Of a DNA stretch of 64,000 bases, positions 35,752-46,320 are shown piece after piece. Every line of letters begins with the position of its first letter. The first letter of the stretch is position 1. Origin of the DNA: Patescibacteria group bacterium (GTDB lineage Bacteria > Patescibacteriota > Patescibacteriia > JAQUQO01); NCBI GenBank assembly GCA_028716045.1, contig JAQUQO010000001.1:256942-320941 (forward strand). The letters are read 5' to 3'. The notes beneath the pieces are model-generated. The model was not told the DNA's origin, did not search any database, and worked only from the letters and a program-made list of their open reading frames with translations. A program made the position numbers and the translations under genes.

Positions 35752-37704
35752 ATGTTTATAAGGGATAATAATCCTTTTACTTTCGGCGATAATGAGAAGA
35801 GTTTGGCGGTAAGAAGACGAGAATGGACGCCGGATTCTTTTTTAAATTTGGCTAAAACTGGCAAAGGAGAAGATTTTTTAGGCAAATCAATCGACGACAA
35901 GATATTGGGAAAAATTTTTTTAGTTATCGCCCTGTTTCTTTTTTTATTATTTTCAAGAGCTTTTTATTTACAGATTATAAGGGGCGGGGAATATCGTGAT
36001 TTTGCCGAAGGCAACAGGATTCGCATTAAAGTAACTCCGCCTCCGCGGGGTTTGATTTATGACAGGGGAGGGGAGGCCTTTGTAAAAAACGTCGGGAGTT
36101 TTAATCTAGTAGTAGTACCTTCCGATTTACCCAAGAAAGAAGAAGATAAGGAAGCATTATTTGATAATTTTTCCGAAGAGTATGGCATTGCTAAAGAGCA
36201 AATTAAAAGTTTGCTTGAAGGGGTGCCCAGTTTTTCTTATCAGCCGATTCTATTAAAAGAAAATATCAGCCGGGAAGAGGCCCTGAAGATTCTAATTCAA
36301 AGTGAAAATTTGCCGGGGTTTAGCGTTGACGTTGGCATTCGTCGCGAATATATTATAAACGGCGAGGAAAGTTCTAAAAATTCTCTGGCTCATATCATCG
36401 GGTATGAAGGTAAAATAACCAGGGATGAACTGGCTCTTTATGGCGACGATTATTATTTAAATGACCGTTTGGGTAAATCGGGGTTAGAGCTTTCTTATGA
36501 AAATTTACTCCGCGGCCAGCATGGGGAAAAAAAGGTGGAAGTTGACGTCCGCGGCAGGGAAATAAAAGTTTTGGCGGAGGTTAAACCGGAATTTGGGAGG
36601 AATATCAAACTTTCCATAGACAAAGAATTACAGAAAAAAACAGAAGAATTATTAGCTCGTTATTTAAAGAGCAACAATAAGAAAAGGGGCGCGGTTATAA
36701 TTGAAGACCCAAATAGCGGAGAAATTTTATCAATGGTGAGTTTGCCGACTTTTAATAATAATGATTTTTCCGAAGGCATTAGTCAGGAAATTTATACGGG
36801 CCTTATTAATGACGAATCTCAGCCCCTATTTAATCGGGCTATAAAAGGGGAATATCCTTCGGGGTCAATTTTTAAGCCCATTGTGGCTTTGGCCGCCCTG
36901 GAAGAGGGGATAATCAATCAACGCACAAGTTTTCTCTCCGTCGGAGGTATTAATGTTTATCAATGGTTTTTCCCGGATTGGAAAGCCGGCGGACATGGAT
37001 GGACTAATGTGACGCGCGCTTTAGCTGAATCAATTAATACCTTTTTTTATATTATCGGCGGGGGCTATAAAGATTTTGAGGGCTTGGGTATTTATAAAAT
37101 AGTTGAATATGCTAAAAAATTTAATCTAGGCGAGGGGTTAGGGGTTGATTTACCCGGTGAGGCCTTTGGATTTTTACCGACTCCGGAATGGAAAGAAAAA
37201 GCCAAGGGTGAAGAGTGGTACATAGGCGACACTTATCATTTAGCTATCGGGCAGGGAGATATTTTAGTGACCCCTCTGCAGGCGGTTTCTTGGATTTCGG
37301 TTTTTGCCAATGGCGGCACGTTATATCGCCCGTATTTAGTTAAAGAAATTTTAAATGAAAAAAATGAAGTCGTAGAAGAGGTTAAACCGGAAATTATCAA
37401 TAGCAATTTCGCTTTTCCGCAAAATATAGATATTATCAGGTCTGGTCTTCGACAAGCAGTCGTTTCCGGCAGCGCTAAGGGTTTACTTGATTTACCCATC
37501 ACCTCTGCCGGGAAAACGGGAACGGCGCAATGGCATAGTAAAAAGCAACCGCATTCTTGGTTCGTGGGGTTCGCTCCATATAATAATCCCAAAGTTGCCA
37601 TTGTGGTTTTAATTGAGGAGGGCGGTGAGGGGAGTGGCGTGGCCTTAGCTGTGGCCCACGATATCTTGGGATGGTATTTTGGAAACAAAGAAAAGGAGCT
37701 GTGA
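35752..37704 (+). CDS. mrdA: penicillin-binding protein 2 (transpeptidase)
   Basis: SGSIFKP (SxxK), the SxN region and KTGTA motifs. An N-terminal TM is present. Confidence 0.85.
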   Translation: MFIRDNNPFTFGDNEKSLAVRRREWTPDSFLNLAKTGKGEDFLGKSIDDKILGKIFLVIALFLFLLFSRAFYLQIIRGGEYRDFAEGNRIRIKVTPPPRGLIYDRGGEAFVKNVGSFNLVVVPSDLPKKEEDKEALFDNFSEEYGIAKEQIKSLLEGVPSFSYQPILLKENISREEALKILIQSENLPGFSVDVGIRREYIINGEESSKNSLAHIIGYEGKITRDELALYGDDYYLNDRLGKSGLELSYENLLRGQHGEKKVEVDVRGREIKVLAEVKPEFGRNIKLSIDKELQKKTEELLARYLKSNNKKRGAVIIEDPNSGEILSMVSLPTFNNNDFSEGISQEIYTGLINDESQPLFNRAIKGEYPSGSIFKPIVALAALEEGIINQRTSFLSVGGINVYQWFFPDWKAGGHGWTNVTRALAESINTFFYIIGGGYKDFEGLGIYKIVEYAKKFNLGEGLGVDLPGEAFGFLPTPEWKEKAKGEEWYIGDTYHLAIGQGDILVTPLQAVSWISVFANGGTLYRPYLVKEILNEKNEVVEEVKPEIINSNFAFPQNIDIIRSGLRQAVVSGSAKGLLDLPITSAGKTGTAQWHSKKQPHSWFVGFAPYNNPKVAIVVLIEEGGEGSGVALAVAHDILGWYFGNKEKEL

Positions 37705-37783
37705 ATAAAATAGACTTGACAGCATGTTTTTAAACTTGTATCTTTATACCTATGTTTAGTAATTTTGTATAATAAAACAGAAT

Positions 37784-38248
37784 ATGAGAATTAATAAAGT
37801 GAATTATGTGACCAGAGAGGGGCTGGAGAAGTTAAAAGAAGAATTAACTCATCGAAAGACGGTTTTACGCCGGCAAATAGCCGACCGTATTGACAGGGCC
37901 AAAGAACTCGGAGATTTATCGGAAAACGCAGAATATGCGGAAGCCAAGGATGAGCAGGCTTTTAATGAAGGCCGAATAATAGAATTAGAAGAAATGGTGA
38001 TGACCGCCTCTTTAATTACTGAAGGAGAGAGGGGCATGGTAAATGTTGGCTCTACTATAGTAGTGGAAAGTCCATTGGGTAAAAAAGAATTTACCATTAC
38101 CGGAGCATCTGAAGCCGACCCTTTGAAAGGTTTAATTTCTAATGAGTCGCCCCTGGGCAGGGCTTTTTTGGGTAGAAAAAAGGATGAGGAAGTGGAAATT
38201 AAGGTTCCGGCCGGAGTAGTAAAATATAAAATTTTAAAAATCAAATAG
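37784..38248 (+). CDS. greA: transcription elongation factor GreA
   Basis: Coiled-coil N-terminal domain with the acidic tip; C-terminal FKBP-like domain. Confidence 0.9.
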   Translation: MRINKVNYVTREGLEKLKEELTHRKTVLRRQIADRIDRAKELGDLSENAEYAEAKDEQAFNEGRIIELEEMVMTASLITEGERGMVNVGSTIVVESPLGKKEFTITGASEADPLKGLISNESPLGRAFLGRKKDEEVEIKVPAGVVKYKILKIK

Positions 38249-38818
38249 GCATCTGATTTTTAAGGATATTTAAATTGAGTGAAAATTTCAAAATAAGAAC
38301 GGCCGAACTTTATAGTTCGGCCGTTTGAGATAGGATAGCTAAAATAAGCATAAAAAATTTGATTTAAGGGAAAAGAGACCTCGAGATTTATGCTTATTTT
38401 AGGGGCGGGACGATCAAAAGACCATTAAATAATTTTAGTATAATTCGTTTAATTTATCAAGAGAGCGCGGATAAAGAAAGGCGCTCCTTAGATAAGAAGC
38501 GCCTTCTGCGGACACAGTTTGAGCCGAAATTAAATTTTATCACTTAATTCACTCTTAAATTAAAAGGTAGTCAGTCGGCTCATTTTTGAACTATGTCCGC
38601 TAGACCTTGACCCCCGAGAATATCGGGGCGGTCCGAAATAAATTTAAGGGGGGAATGTAGTATTAATATATCTTTACTATGATTATTTGTCAATGCCCCA
38701 TATGCGCCCACAAATATCTTCCGCCAACTGGGAGTTGAAGGCGGGGTTTTTTGTTTTGACTTTTTCCTAAAAGTGTTTTAAAATAAATACAAGCTTTTTA
38801 ATACAAAAGTTATTATTT

Positions 38819-40315
38819 ATGCCTAAAAATAGCCAAGAAAAAGACTTTGATATTATTGAAGAAGAGCGCGATAGAAGAAGCAGATTAGCGGGGGTAATAA
38901 AGAGTGGTGTAGACCCTTATCCGAGCAAAGTCGGCAGAGATTTTACGTGCGGTAAGGCAAAAGAGGATTTTAATAAATTAGTTAAAAATAAAAAACCGAT
39001 TACAGTTGTCGGGCGTCTTAAAATTATTAGAAAACATGGCGGTTCAAGTTTTGGGGTGATGGGCGATGAGAGCGCTGACCTTCAAATTTTTTTAAGGAAA
39101 GATGTTTTGGGCAAGCAATATGATATTTGGAATAATCTAGTTGATATTGGAGATTTTTTAGAACTCAAGGGGATAATGTTTGCCACTAAAACCGGAGAAA
39201 AAACATTGGAGGTGCAACATTTACGGATTATAACCAAAAGCCTTTTACCCTTGCCGGAGAAATTTCACGGTCTTACCGATACGGAGAAGCGTTATCGGCG
39301 GAGATATTTGGATTTAATTGCCAATGAGAATGTCAAAAATATTTTTAGATTACGCAGTTTGATAGTCAAAGAAATTAGGAATTTCTTTGATAAGGAAGGA
39401 TTTATGGAGGTGGAAACGCCAATTCTACAGCCCATCGCCGGCGGTGCCGTTGCCCGACCATTTGTCACACATCATAACGCCTTAGACACGGATTTATATT
39501 TGCGTATAGCGCCAGAACTGTATTTAAAAAGATTGATTGTGGGGGGGTATGAAAAAATTTACGAGATAGCCCGGTGTTTTCGCAACGAAGGCATTGACCA
39601 CGCCCATAATCCGGAATTCACGCAGATTGAGTTTTACGAGGCCTATGCCGATTATAATGATTTAATGGAATTAACCGAAAAATTATTTAAATATCTAATA
39701 CCGAAAGCCGTCGGCGGGGGAATGACCTTGGAATTTGAGGGCAGTAAGATTGATTTTACTCCTTCTTATCCAAGATTATCATTCCGTCAAGCCGTTAAAG
39801 ATTGCGCTGGCGTGGATATTGAGGAATATCCCGAAACGACGGCTTTGGCTAAAGAGGCAAAAAAGCTAGGAGCAGAAATAGAACAATATTTTGACCGTGG
39901 CAAAATTTTAGACGAGCTTTTTAAGACCTTCGTCCGCCCCAAAATAATTCAGCCGACTTTTATTACCGACCATCCGGTGGAATTATCCCCTTTGGCCAAA
40001 AAAATTTATGATAACCCCAGTTATACGGAGAGATTTCAGCTTTTGGCCGGTAATGTTGAACTGGCCAATGGGTACTCCGAGTTAAATGACCCACTTGACC
40101 AAGAAGAAAGATTTAAACGGCAAGTTGAGATGAAGACTGCTGGTGATGAAGAAGCCCATCCTTTTGATGAAGATTTTATTAATGCCTTAAAACATGGTTT
40201 GCCCCCAACCGCCGGTTTTGGCATGGGCATAGACCGCCTCACAGCTTTACTGACTGACTCACATAATCTAAAAGAGGTTATACTTTTCCCCACTCTAAGG
40301 CCGGAGAAAAAATAA
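38819..40315 (+). CDS. lysS: lysyl-tRNA synthetase (class II)
   Basis: N-terminal OB fold; motif 2 FRNEGIDHAHNPEFT; motif 3 GMGIDRL. Confidence 0.9.
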   Translation: MPKNSQEKDFDIIEEERDRRSRLAGVIKSGVDPYPSKVGRDFTCGKAKEDFNKLVKNKKPITVVGRLKIIRKHGGSSFGVMGDESADLQIFLRKDVLGKQYDIWNNLVDIGDFLELKGIMFATKTGEKTLEVQHLRIITKSLLPLPEKFHGLTDTEKRYRRRYLDLIANENVKNIFRLRSLIVKEIRNFFDKEGFMEVETPILQPIAGGAVARPFVTHHNALDTDLYLRIAPELYLKRLIVGGYEKIYEIARCFRNEGIDHAHNPEFTQIEFYEAYADYNDLMELTEKLFKYLIPKAVGGGMTLEFEGSKIDFTPSYPRLSFRQAVKDCAGVDIEEYPETTALAKEAKKLGAEIEQYFDRGKILDELFKTFVRPKIIQPTFITDHPVELSPLAKKIYDNPSYTERFQLLAGNVELANGYSELNDPLDQEERFKRQVEMKTAGDEEAHPFDEDFINALKHGLPPTAGFGMGIDRLTALLTDSHNLKEVILFPTLRPEKK

Positions 40316-40345
40316 AATTTTTATTAATTTTTTTAATATCTTCTT

Positions 40346-41395
40346 ATGGAGGGTTTAATAAATTTTTCTTTTCTAAACGCTATCTACTACGGCAATAGTG
40401 TGAGGCAATACTTGATATTTTTGTTAGTATTTCTTATTGTTGTTCTCATCTCGCGGATAGTTTATTATTTATTGCGCTATCCTCTCGGTAGATTTGTGGA
40501 AAGGACTAAAAATTTAACCGACGATCAAATTTTAGAGATTATTAAGTGGCCTTTTGTTTTTTTTATCATTATTATTGGATTAAAAATTTCGTTTGATTTC
40601 CTGTATTTGCCGGATTATTTTAGGGATTACGTGGATAGCGTTATTTTGACCTTGGTAATTCTTAATATAATTTGGTTGGGGTTGAAATTTTTTGATTTAT
40701 TGGTTATTTGGTATCTTTATCCTTTGATAAAATCAAGCCCCAATAGGCTTGATGACCAATTAGTCAGTCTGATTCAGCGTTTTATTAAAATAATTGTTGT
40801 TGTTTTGGGGCTATTCTTTGCCCTTGAAAATTTTGGAATTAACGCGCGGTCTCTTCTTACCGGACTGGGTATTGGCGGTTTGGCCGTAGCTTTGGCGGCC
40901 AAGGATACTTTGTCAAATTTATTTGGCTCTTTAGCCGTTTTAAGCGATAAGCCCTTTAAGGTCGGCGACATTGTAAAATTTAAAAATTACGAAGGAGTGG
41001 TCAAGGAAGTCGGTTTGCGCAGTTCCAGAATAATCACTTTTGATACCACGGAAATAGTTATTCCCAATTCTTTATTGGCCAACGAGATTATAGAAAACAT
41101 TTCCAAGCGCCGGGCGGTAAAGAAAGAAATAATATTACATTTTGATAAGGGAACAAAATGGAAAAAATTAGAAATAGCTAAAAAGGTGGTTGATAATATT
41201 TTATTGAATGAAGAGGGCGTGCTTGATGAATATCACACCGCTTTGGTCAGTTTTCCCTTAAGCGGTCCGGAAATGAAAGTTGTTTACTGGGTAAAATATA
41301 ATGGCGATTATGAAAAGTATTTGGAGATAAGGCATCGATTGCATTCTAAAATTAAGCAGGCGTTGGAGGATGGAAAAATTGAGTTAGCCGGTTAA
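40346..41395 (+). CDS. mechanosensitive ion channel, MscS family
   Basis: TM helices followed by GIGGLAVALAAKDTLSNLFG and the beta-domain VGDIVKF. Confidence 0.8.
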   Translation: MEGLINFSFLNAIYYGNSVRQYLIFLLVFLIVVLISRIVYYLLRYPLGRFVERTKNLTDDQILEIIKWPFVFFIIIIGLKISFDFLYLPDYFRDYVDSVILTLVILNIIWLGLKFFDLLVIWYLYPLIKSSPNRLDDQLVSLIQRFIKIIVVVLGLFFALENFGINARSLLTGLGIGGLAVALAAKDTLSNLFGSLAVLSDKPFKVGDIVKFKNYEGVVKEVGLRSSRIITFDTTEIVIPNSLLANEIIENISKRRAVKKEIILHFDKGTKWKKLEIAKKVVDNILLNEEGVLDEYHTALVSFPLSGPEMKVVYWVKYNGDYEKYLEIRHRLHSKIKQALEDGKIELAG

Positions 41396-41413
41396 TTTTA
41401 AATAATTTTCAAT

Positions 41414-42724
41414 ATGCTGGAAATTAAATTTATCAGGGAGAATACAGAAAAAATCAGGGAGGCGATAAAAAATAAGGGGGTGGATTTAGAAATAGAAGAG
41501 TTATTAGAGATGGATGATAAAAGAAAAGAGATTGTAAAGCGTCTTGATGTCTTGCGTTCTAAGAGGAATGAACTCGCTCACGCCGGAAAAAACGGCAAAC
41601 CTTCAGAGGAATTGATTAAAGAGGGGAGAACAGTGAAGGGGGAAATAGGGGAGTTAGAGAAGGAATTGGAAATTATAGAAAAACAGTATTTAGATCTGAT
41701 GGCCAAAGTGCCGATGGTGCCCTCGTCCGATACCCCTATCGGTAAAGATGAAAGTGAAAATGTAGAGTGTGGCAGGTGGGGGAAAATAAAAGAATTTAAA
41801 TTTAAGCCCAAAACCCATATTGAGTTGGGGCGTGATTTAGATATTTTGGATTTAGAAAGAGGAGTAAAAGTGGCGGGTTATAGGGGTTATTATCTAAAGA
41901 ACGAGGGAGCATTATTAGTTATGGCTTTAATGTTTTACGCTTTTAAAAAAATGGCTGGCAAGGGTTATCTTTCAATGATTCCGCCGACACTTATAAAAGA
42001 ATTTGCCTTGTTCGGCAGCGGTTATTTTAAGGGCCGGCAATATAACAGCGAAACGGATGAAATATACGAGGTGGCTACTCCGGACAAAGAAGAAAGCGGA
42101 GTAATCAGCAAGGAAAGAAAATTTTTAGTCGGGACTTCCGAGCCGTCGCTTTTAGCTTATTATTCCAATGAAGTTTTAAAGGAAACTGATTTACCTAAGA
42201 AATTTTGCGGATTCAGCCAGTGTTATCGCAGTGAAATAGGGAGTTATGGCAGAGATAATAAAGGTATTTATCGTGTCCATGAGTTTATGAAAGTGGAACA
42301 GGTGGTTATTTGTAGGGCGGATATTGCCGAAGCGGAAAAATTTCAGCAGGAAATGCTGGCTCTTACCAAAGAGATGCACGAAGAATTGGGCCTTCCTTAT
42401 CGGCAGGTCCAAATTTGCACCGGGGATATGGGCGCGGGTAAGTACAAAATGTTTGACCTTGAGGCCTGGATGCCGGGGTTAGAGCGCTACGGCGAGACGG
42501 GATCAGCCAGTAATTTTCTTGATTGGCAAGCCCGAAGGTTGAATGTAAAATATATTGATAAAAACGGAGAAAAAAAGTTTGTCTATATGCTTAATAATAC
42601 AGCCCTTCCCAGTCCGAGAATTTTTATTTCTATTCTTGAAAATTATCAGCAAAAAGATGGCTCAGTAAAAATTCCTAAAGTGTTAAGGCCATATCTCGGG
42701 TTTAAAGTTATCAAGAAAAAATAA
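41414..42724 (+). CDS. serS: seryl-tRNA synthetase
   Basis: N-terminal coiled-coil arm and class II motifs (FRSE, GSASNF). Confidence 0.9.
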   Translation: MLEIKFIRENTEKIREAIKNKGVDLEIEELLEMDDKRKEIVKRLDVLRSKRNELAHAGKNGKPSEELIKEGRTVKGEIGELEKELEIIEKQYLDLMAKVPMVPSSDTPIGKDESENVECGRWGKIKEFKFKPKTHIELGRDLDILDLERGVKVAGYRGYYLKNEGALLVMALMFYAFKKMAGKGYLSMIPPTLIKEFALFGSGYFKGRQYNSETDEIYEVATPDKEESGVISKERKFLVGTSEPSLLAYYSNEVLKETDLPKKFCGFSQCYRSEIGSYGRDNKGIYRVHEFMKVEQVVICRADIAEAEKFQQEMLALTKEMHEELGLPYRQVQICTGDMGAGKYKMFDLEAWMPGLERYGETGSASNFLDWQARRLNVKYIDKNGEKKFVYMLNNTALPSPRIFISILENYQQKDGSVKIPKVLRPYLGFKVIKKK

Positions 42725-42726
42725 TT

Positions 42727-43884
42727 ATGGATGCCAAGATAGCTAAATGTAAAACTTGGGTAGAGGTGGACGGGCTGACTTTAAAAAATAATATAAAGGA
42801 GTTGAGTAGAATCTTAACCCCCGCTACTCAGATGATGGCAGTAGTTAAAGCTAATGCTTACGGTCATGGTCTTACGGAGGTGAGTAAAATTTGTGTTCAG
42901 TCGGGTGTGCAATGGCTGGGGGTGGATTCAATAGAGGAGGGGATTATCCTGCGGAAAGAGGGCATCAAGTCCTTTATTTTAATTTTAGGCTATACCGTGC
43001 TTGAATGTTTATCGGAAATTTTTGAAAATGACCTTGATTTAGTTGTCTATAATAAAGAAACCGTGGAAGAATTGGGTAGGTTGAGTGAGATATGCGATAA
43101 AACGGCCAACCTCCACATTAAGTTAGAAACAGGGACTAATCGCCAAGGCGTGGGTTTGGAAAATCTTTTAGATTTTGTGAATTTAATAAAAAAATATCCT
43201 AAACTTAATATTAGAGGGATTTACACTCATTTTGCCAACATTGAGGACACCACTAATCACAGTTACGCCGAAGAGCAACTAAAAAAATTTAAGCAAGCCA
43301 TAAATTTTTTAGAAGATTTAAACATAATTATTCCCTTAAAGCATACGGCCTGCAGCGCCGCGGCCATACTTTTTCCGGATACCCATTTTAATTTAGCGCG
43401 ATTTGGTGTTAGTTTATATGGTTTTTGGCCTTCTCGGGAGACGATTGTTTCTGCCCAAGAGAATGGTCGGGATATTAAATTAAAACCTTGTCTGTGCTGG
43501 AAAACCAGAATTGCCCAAATTAAAGCTCTAAAATCCGGAACTCCGGTGGGGTATGGCTTAACGGAAAAAATCTTAAGAGATGGTAAGGTAGCAGTTTTGC
43601 CGGTGGGTTATTCGGATGGTTTAGACCGCGGATTATCAAGTGTCGGGAATGTTCTTGTCAGGGGCGAGCGTTGTAAAATTTTAGGCAGAATATGTATGAA
43701 TATGTGTGTTGTGGATATAACTCATGTCACCGGCGCTGAAGTTGAGGACGAAGTCGTGTTATTAGGGTCGCAGGGCAGGGAAGTTATTACGGCGGAAGAA
43801 GTAGCTGGAAAATTAAACACGATTCATTATGAGATTCTATCCAGAATCAATCCAATGATACCGCGTTTTTATTCGGATATTTAA
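42727..43884 (+). CDS. alr: alanine racemase
   Basis: PLP-lysine motif AVVKANAYGHG and the C-terminal beta domain. Confidence 0.9.
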   Translation: MDAKIAKCKTWVEVDGLTLKNNIKELSRILTPATQMMAVVKANAYGHGLTEVSKICVQSGVQWLGVDSIEEGIILRKEGIKSFILILGYTVLECLSEIFENDLDLVVYNKETVEELGRLSEICDKTANLHIKLETGTNRQGVGLENLLDFVNLIKKYPKLNIRGIYTHFANIEDTTNHSYAEEQLKKFKQAINFLEDLNIIIPLKHTACSAAAILFPDTHFNLARFGVSLYGFWPSRETIVSAQENGRDIKLKPCLCWKTRIAQIKALKSGTPVGYGLTEKILRDGKVAVLPVGYSDGLDRGLSSVGNVLVRGERCKILGRICMNMCVVDITHVTGAEVEDEVVLLGSQGREVITAEEVAGKLNTIHYEILSRINPMIPRFYSDI

Positions 43885-43893
43885 GCTTAAGAT

Positions 43894-44874
43894 ATGTTTA
43901 GCTGGAAAAAAAAGTTTTCTCCACGTCGGCATTACAACAAGGGCTATAATTTTTATAGGCACCGGTCTTTTTTGCCCTCGGGCGGAATTGTCAGAAGAAA
44001 GACGGGGGGACACGTTAGATTATATTTTAGCAGGGTTGTTTTGATGGTTTTTTTAGCCGTTTTAGTGTATGTGATGTATTATTTTTTCTATTCGCCGAAT
44101 TTTAAACTAACAGAAATTGAAATCAGGGGGCGGGAAAATATCTCCGAATTTGCTTTAAAAAATATCGTCGAGGAACAATTTGACCATTCTCGATTTTTGA
44201 TATTTAGGCAGGATAATATTTTTATGTTTAGCAAGGGGTTGGCCCGTAAAAACATTAAAAATAGTTACGTTTTGGATGAATTAATTATAGATAAGCAGTA
44301 TCCGCACAAAATATCCATAAGCATTAAAGAGAAGGTTTCAACCGTGGTCTGGGTAACTAAAAAAGAAAACGTTGATAGATATTATTATTTAGATTTAAAC
44401 GGCGTGGTGCTTGGCGAAATGCCAATATTGGAGGTGGAAAAAATATATACTGATAAAAAAATAGTGGCAGATGAAAAGGAAAAAGCGATAGAAGTGGAAA
44501 ATGACAGCGGAGGGGTAGCTTCTCAAGAGCAGGGGAGTATTATTTTACCCCTGATATATGATTTAAGTAATAGCGAAGTTAAAATTAAAGAGCAGGTTTT
44601 GGATGGCAAGGCCATCACTTTTATTATAGAATTGTCTCAAAAATTTGCCGCAGCTTTTCCCAATATAAAAGTTAAACATTTTGCGACACCAGAATTAATG
44701 ACTACCAGGGTGCACATAATAACAGAAAAGGGGTGGGCTGTGTATTTTGAGTCCGCTAAAAATCTTGACGCGCAATTGCAAAATTTAAAATTGGTATTAG
44801 AGGGTAAAATAAAAGACCCTTCAAAGATTCAATATATTGATTTACGTTTTGACGATAGGGTCTATTATAAATAA
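43894..44874 (+). CDS. ftsQ: FtsQ/DivIB-like cell division protein (POTRA)
   Basis: Basic N-terminus, one TM, then a POTRA-like FKLTEIEIRG region. Confidence 0.55.
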   Translation: MFSWKKKFSPRRHYNKGYNFYRHRSFLPSGGIVRRKTGGHVRLYFSRVVLMVFLAVLVYVMYYFFYSPNFKLTEIEIRGRENISEFALKNIVEEQFDHSRFLIFRQDNIFMFSKGLARKNIKNSYVLDELIIDKQYPHKISISIKEKVSTVVWVTKKENVDRYYYLDLNGVVLGEMPILEVEKIYTDKKIVADEKEKAIEVENDSGGVASQEQGSIILPLIYDLSNSEVKIKEQVLDGKAITFIIELSQKFAAAFPNIKVKHFATPELMTTRVHIITEKGWAVYFESAKNLDAQLQNLKLVLEGKIKDPSKIQYIDLRFDDRVYYK

Positions 44875-44900
44875 TCCCGCCAAGGCGGGATTATTTTTCG
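44875..44900. terminator. bidirectional terminator
   Basis: CCCGCC-AAG-GCGGG followed by ATTATTTTT. Confidence 0.55.
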
Positions 44901-45118
44901 GCATCTAATTTGAATTTTTCGAGGAATTCGCTTTTTTTAAAACGATGTTCTACGCTTCGTACTGTTACTCCTACTATTTGGCAAAATACCATTTCTTCAT
45001 TAGCATCCAGAATTTTTACCCTTTGCCCATGTTTATCTATCCAGATTTGCTTCTTTTCAATTTTAATAGCGGATTCCGTTTTTTCTTTCCTATTTAGTGA
45101 TTTTTCAAATATATTCAT
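44891..45118 (-). CDS. hypothetical small protein (75 aa)
   Basis: First gene of a - strand island of small ORFs; no recognisable family. Confidence 0.35.
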   Translation of the reverse strand: MNIFEKSLNRKEKTESAIKIEKKQIWIDKHGQRVKILDANEEMVFCQIVGVTVRSVEHRFKKSEFLEKFKLDAEK

Positions 45119-45322
45119 ATTTGGATGATTATTTATATTTAGAGATTAATTAAGCATATCTTAAAAATGCGCTTTTGTCAATGTTTAGGATATAAGCGTC
45201 GTATAAGATATATTGTGCGACGCAACATATTATTTAAAATAGAGCTTCCCTGCTTATTTATAGATACCCTATAATAAAAAGACCCGTAAATTATAATACG
45301 GGTCTTTGTTGTTACTCAATGT

Positions 45323-45778
45323 TTACTTCCTGGGTTTAGGGATATAAAGTTTAACTACGCCATCGTCAATTAAACTTTCGTTTACATCAATCCATTCCCC
45401 TTTTTCGTTTTTTACATATAATCTTCCTACCCATCTTCCATATTTGTCTTTGGTTGGCAGTTTTACCATTCGCACTTCTTTGGCCGTATCTACAAGATAC
45501 CATTTTAGTCGTTTTTGCGCTTTGAGGGCGGCTTCTTTGTCTTTTTTGATTTCCGGCGCGTCAATTCCGTGTAGGCGTACTCTTTGATTTTGAAGAATAA
45601 TGTCAAAACCCGGTTCAATATCGGCCCGGATTGTGTCGCCATCAATGACATATGTTACTTTAATCGTTACTGAACCTATTAATTCTTTTGGGTCTTTGAT
45701 TTTCTGTGGTTTGGCGTCCCCTACTAAAGGTAGAGAGATAAAGATAATTAAGACGATAAAAAGAGCAAGTTTTTTCAT
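45323..45778 (-). CDS. nuc: secreted thermonuclease (SNase / micrococcal nuclease family)
   Basis: Signal peptide, then VIDGDTI...RVRLHGIDAPE and the GRWVGRLYV core. Confidence 0.8.
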   Translation of the reverse strand: MKKLALFIVLIIFISLPLVGDAKPQKIKDPKELIGSVTIKVTYVIDGDTIRADIEPGFDIILQNQRVRLHGIDAPEIKKDKEAALKAQKRLKWYLVDTAKEVRMVKLPTKDKYGRWVGRLYVKNEKGEWIDVNESLIDDGVVKLYIPKPRK

Positions 45779-45937
45779 TTTAACCTCCTTTGTATGTGTT
45801 TGAGATGTTTATTTTAGCACATTTTTTATCGTTGTCAAATTGAAAGTATTTTTATATAAAAAACACGATCCGATGAATCGTGTTTTAAATTTTTTTATTT
45901 CCGCGCCGAGATGATTGTTTTACCCCCACTCCCCTCT

Positions 45938-46117
45938 TCACCTGCCGAACAATCGCTCGGAAATCTGTTTTGTTTCTGGCGATAATTTTTTTGGCGTGAC
46001 ATAAGGAGATATCGGAGGGCAAAAGCCGTCGGGGGATAAATTCTTGCTAAAGTTAAGACTCTCTTTCGCGCTTTTTTCGAGTTCTTCCAATTTATCAACT
46101 ATTTCTTGTGCGTTCAT
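45938..46117 (-). CDS. small hypothetical protein (59 aa)
   Basis: Strong SD AAAGGGGGT 6 nt upstream. A terminator hairpin plus T-run follows on the - strand. It replaces an overlapping Arg-rich 67-aa ORF in another frame. Confidence 0.3.
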   Translation of the reverse strand: MNAQEIVDKLEELEKSAKESLNFSKNLSPDGFCPPISPYVTPKKLSPETKQISERLFGR

Positions 46118-46320
46118 TTTTTAACCCCCTTTATCTTTTGGGTTTTTAAATTTTCAAAAAACGTTTTATTTATTAAAATTATTTTTCTATATCTTTATAT
46201 TTATCTTTCTTGCTTTCTTTTGCTCTTTCTATGATTTTTAAAATTATCGCCGCAACCAGGGAAACCAAAAAAATACCGTAAACAGCGATTATAGCAATGG
46301 CGAGTATTTTTAATACCATA

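Noticed and set aside
38331-38818. T-box or lysine riboswitch leader for lysS; RNase P or tmRNA in the same gap
   Set aside because: I could not find the T-box consensus (AATTAGGGTGGNACCGCG), the RNase P P4 strands (GGAAAGTCCGGGCTCC, ACAGAACCCGGCTTA), or a tRNA-like acceptor/T-arm with a tag ORF. It is left as an unknown candidate ncRNA pending a covariance-model search.
45895-46098. 67-aa Arg-rich - strand ORF from the track
   Set aside because: A different frame over the same DNA gives a 59-aa ORF with a strong SD and a downstream terminator. The Arg-rich frame looks like an out-of-frame artefact.
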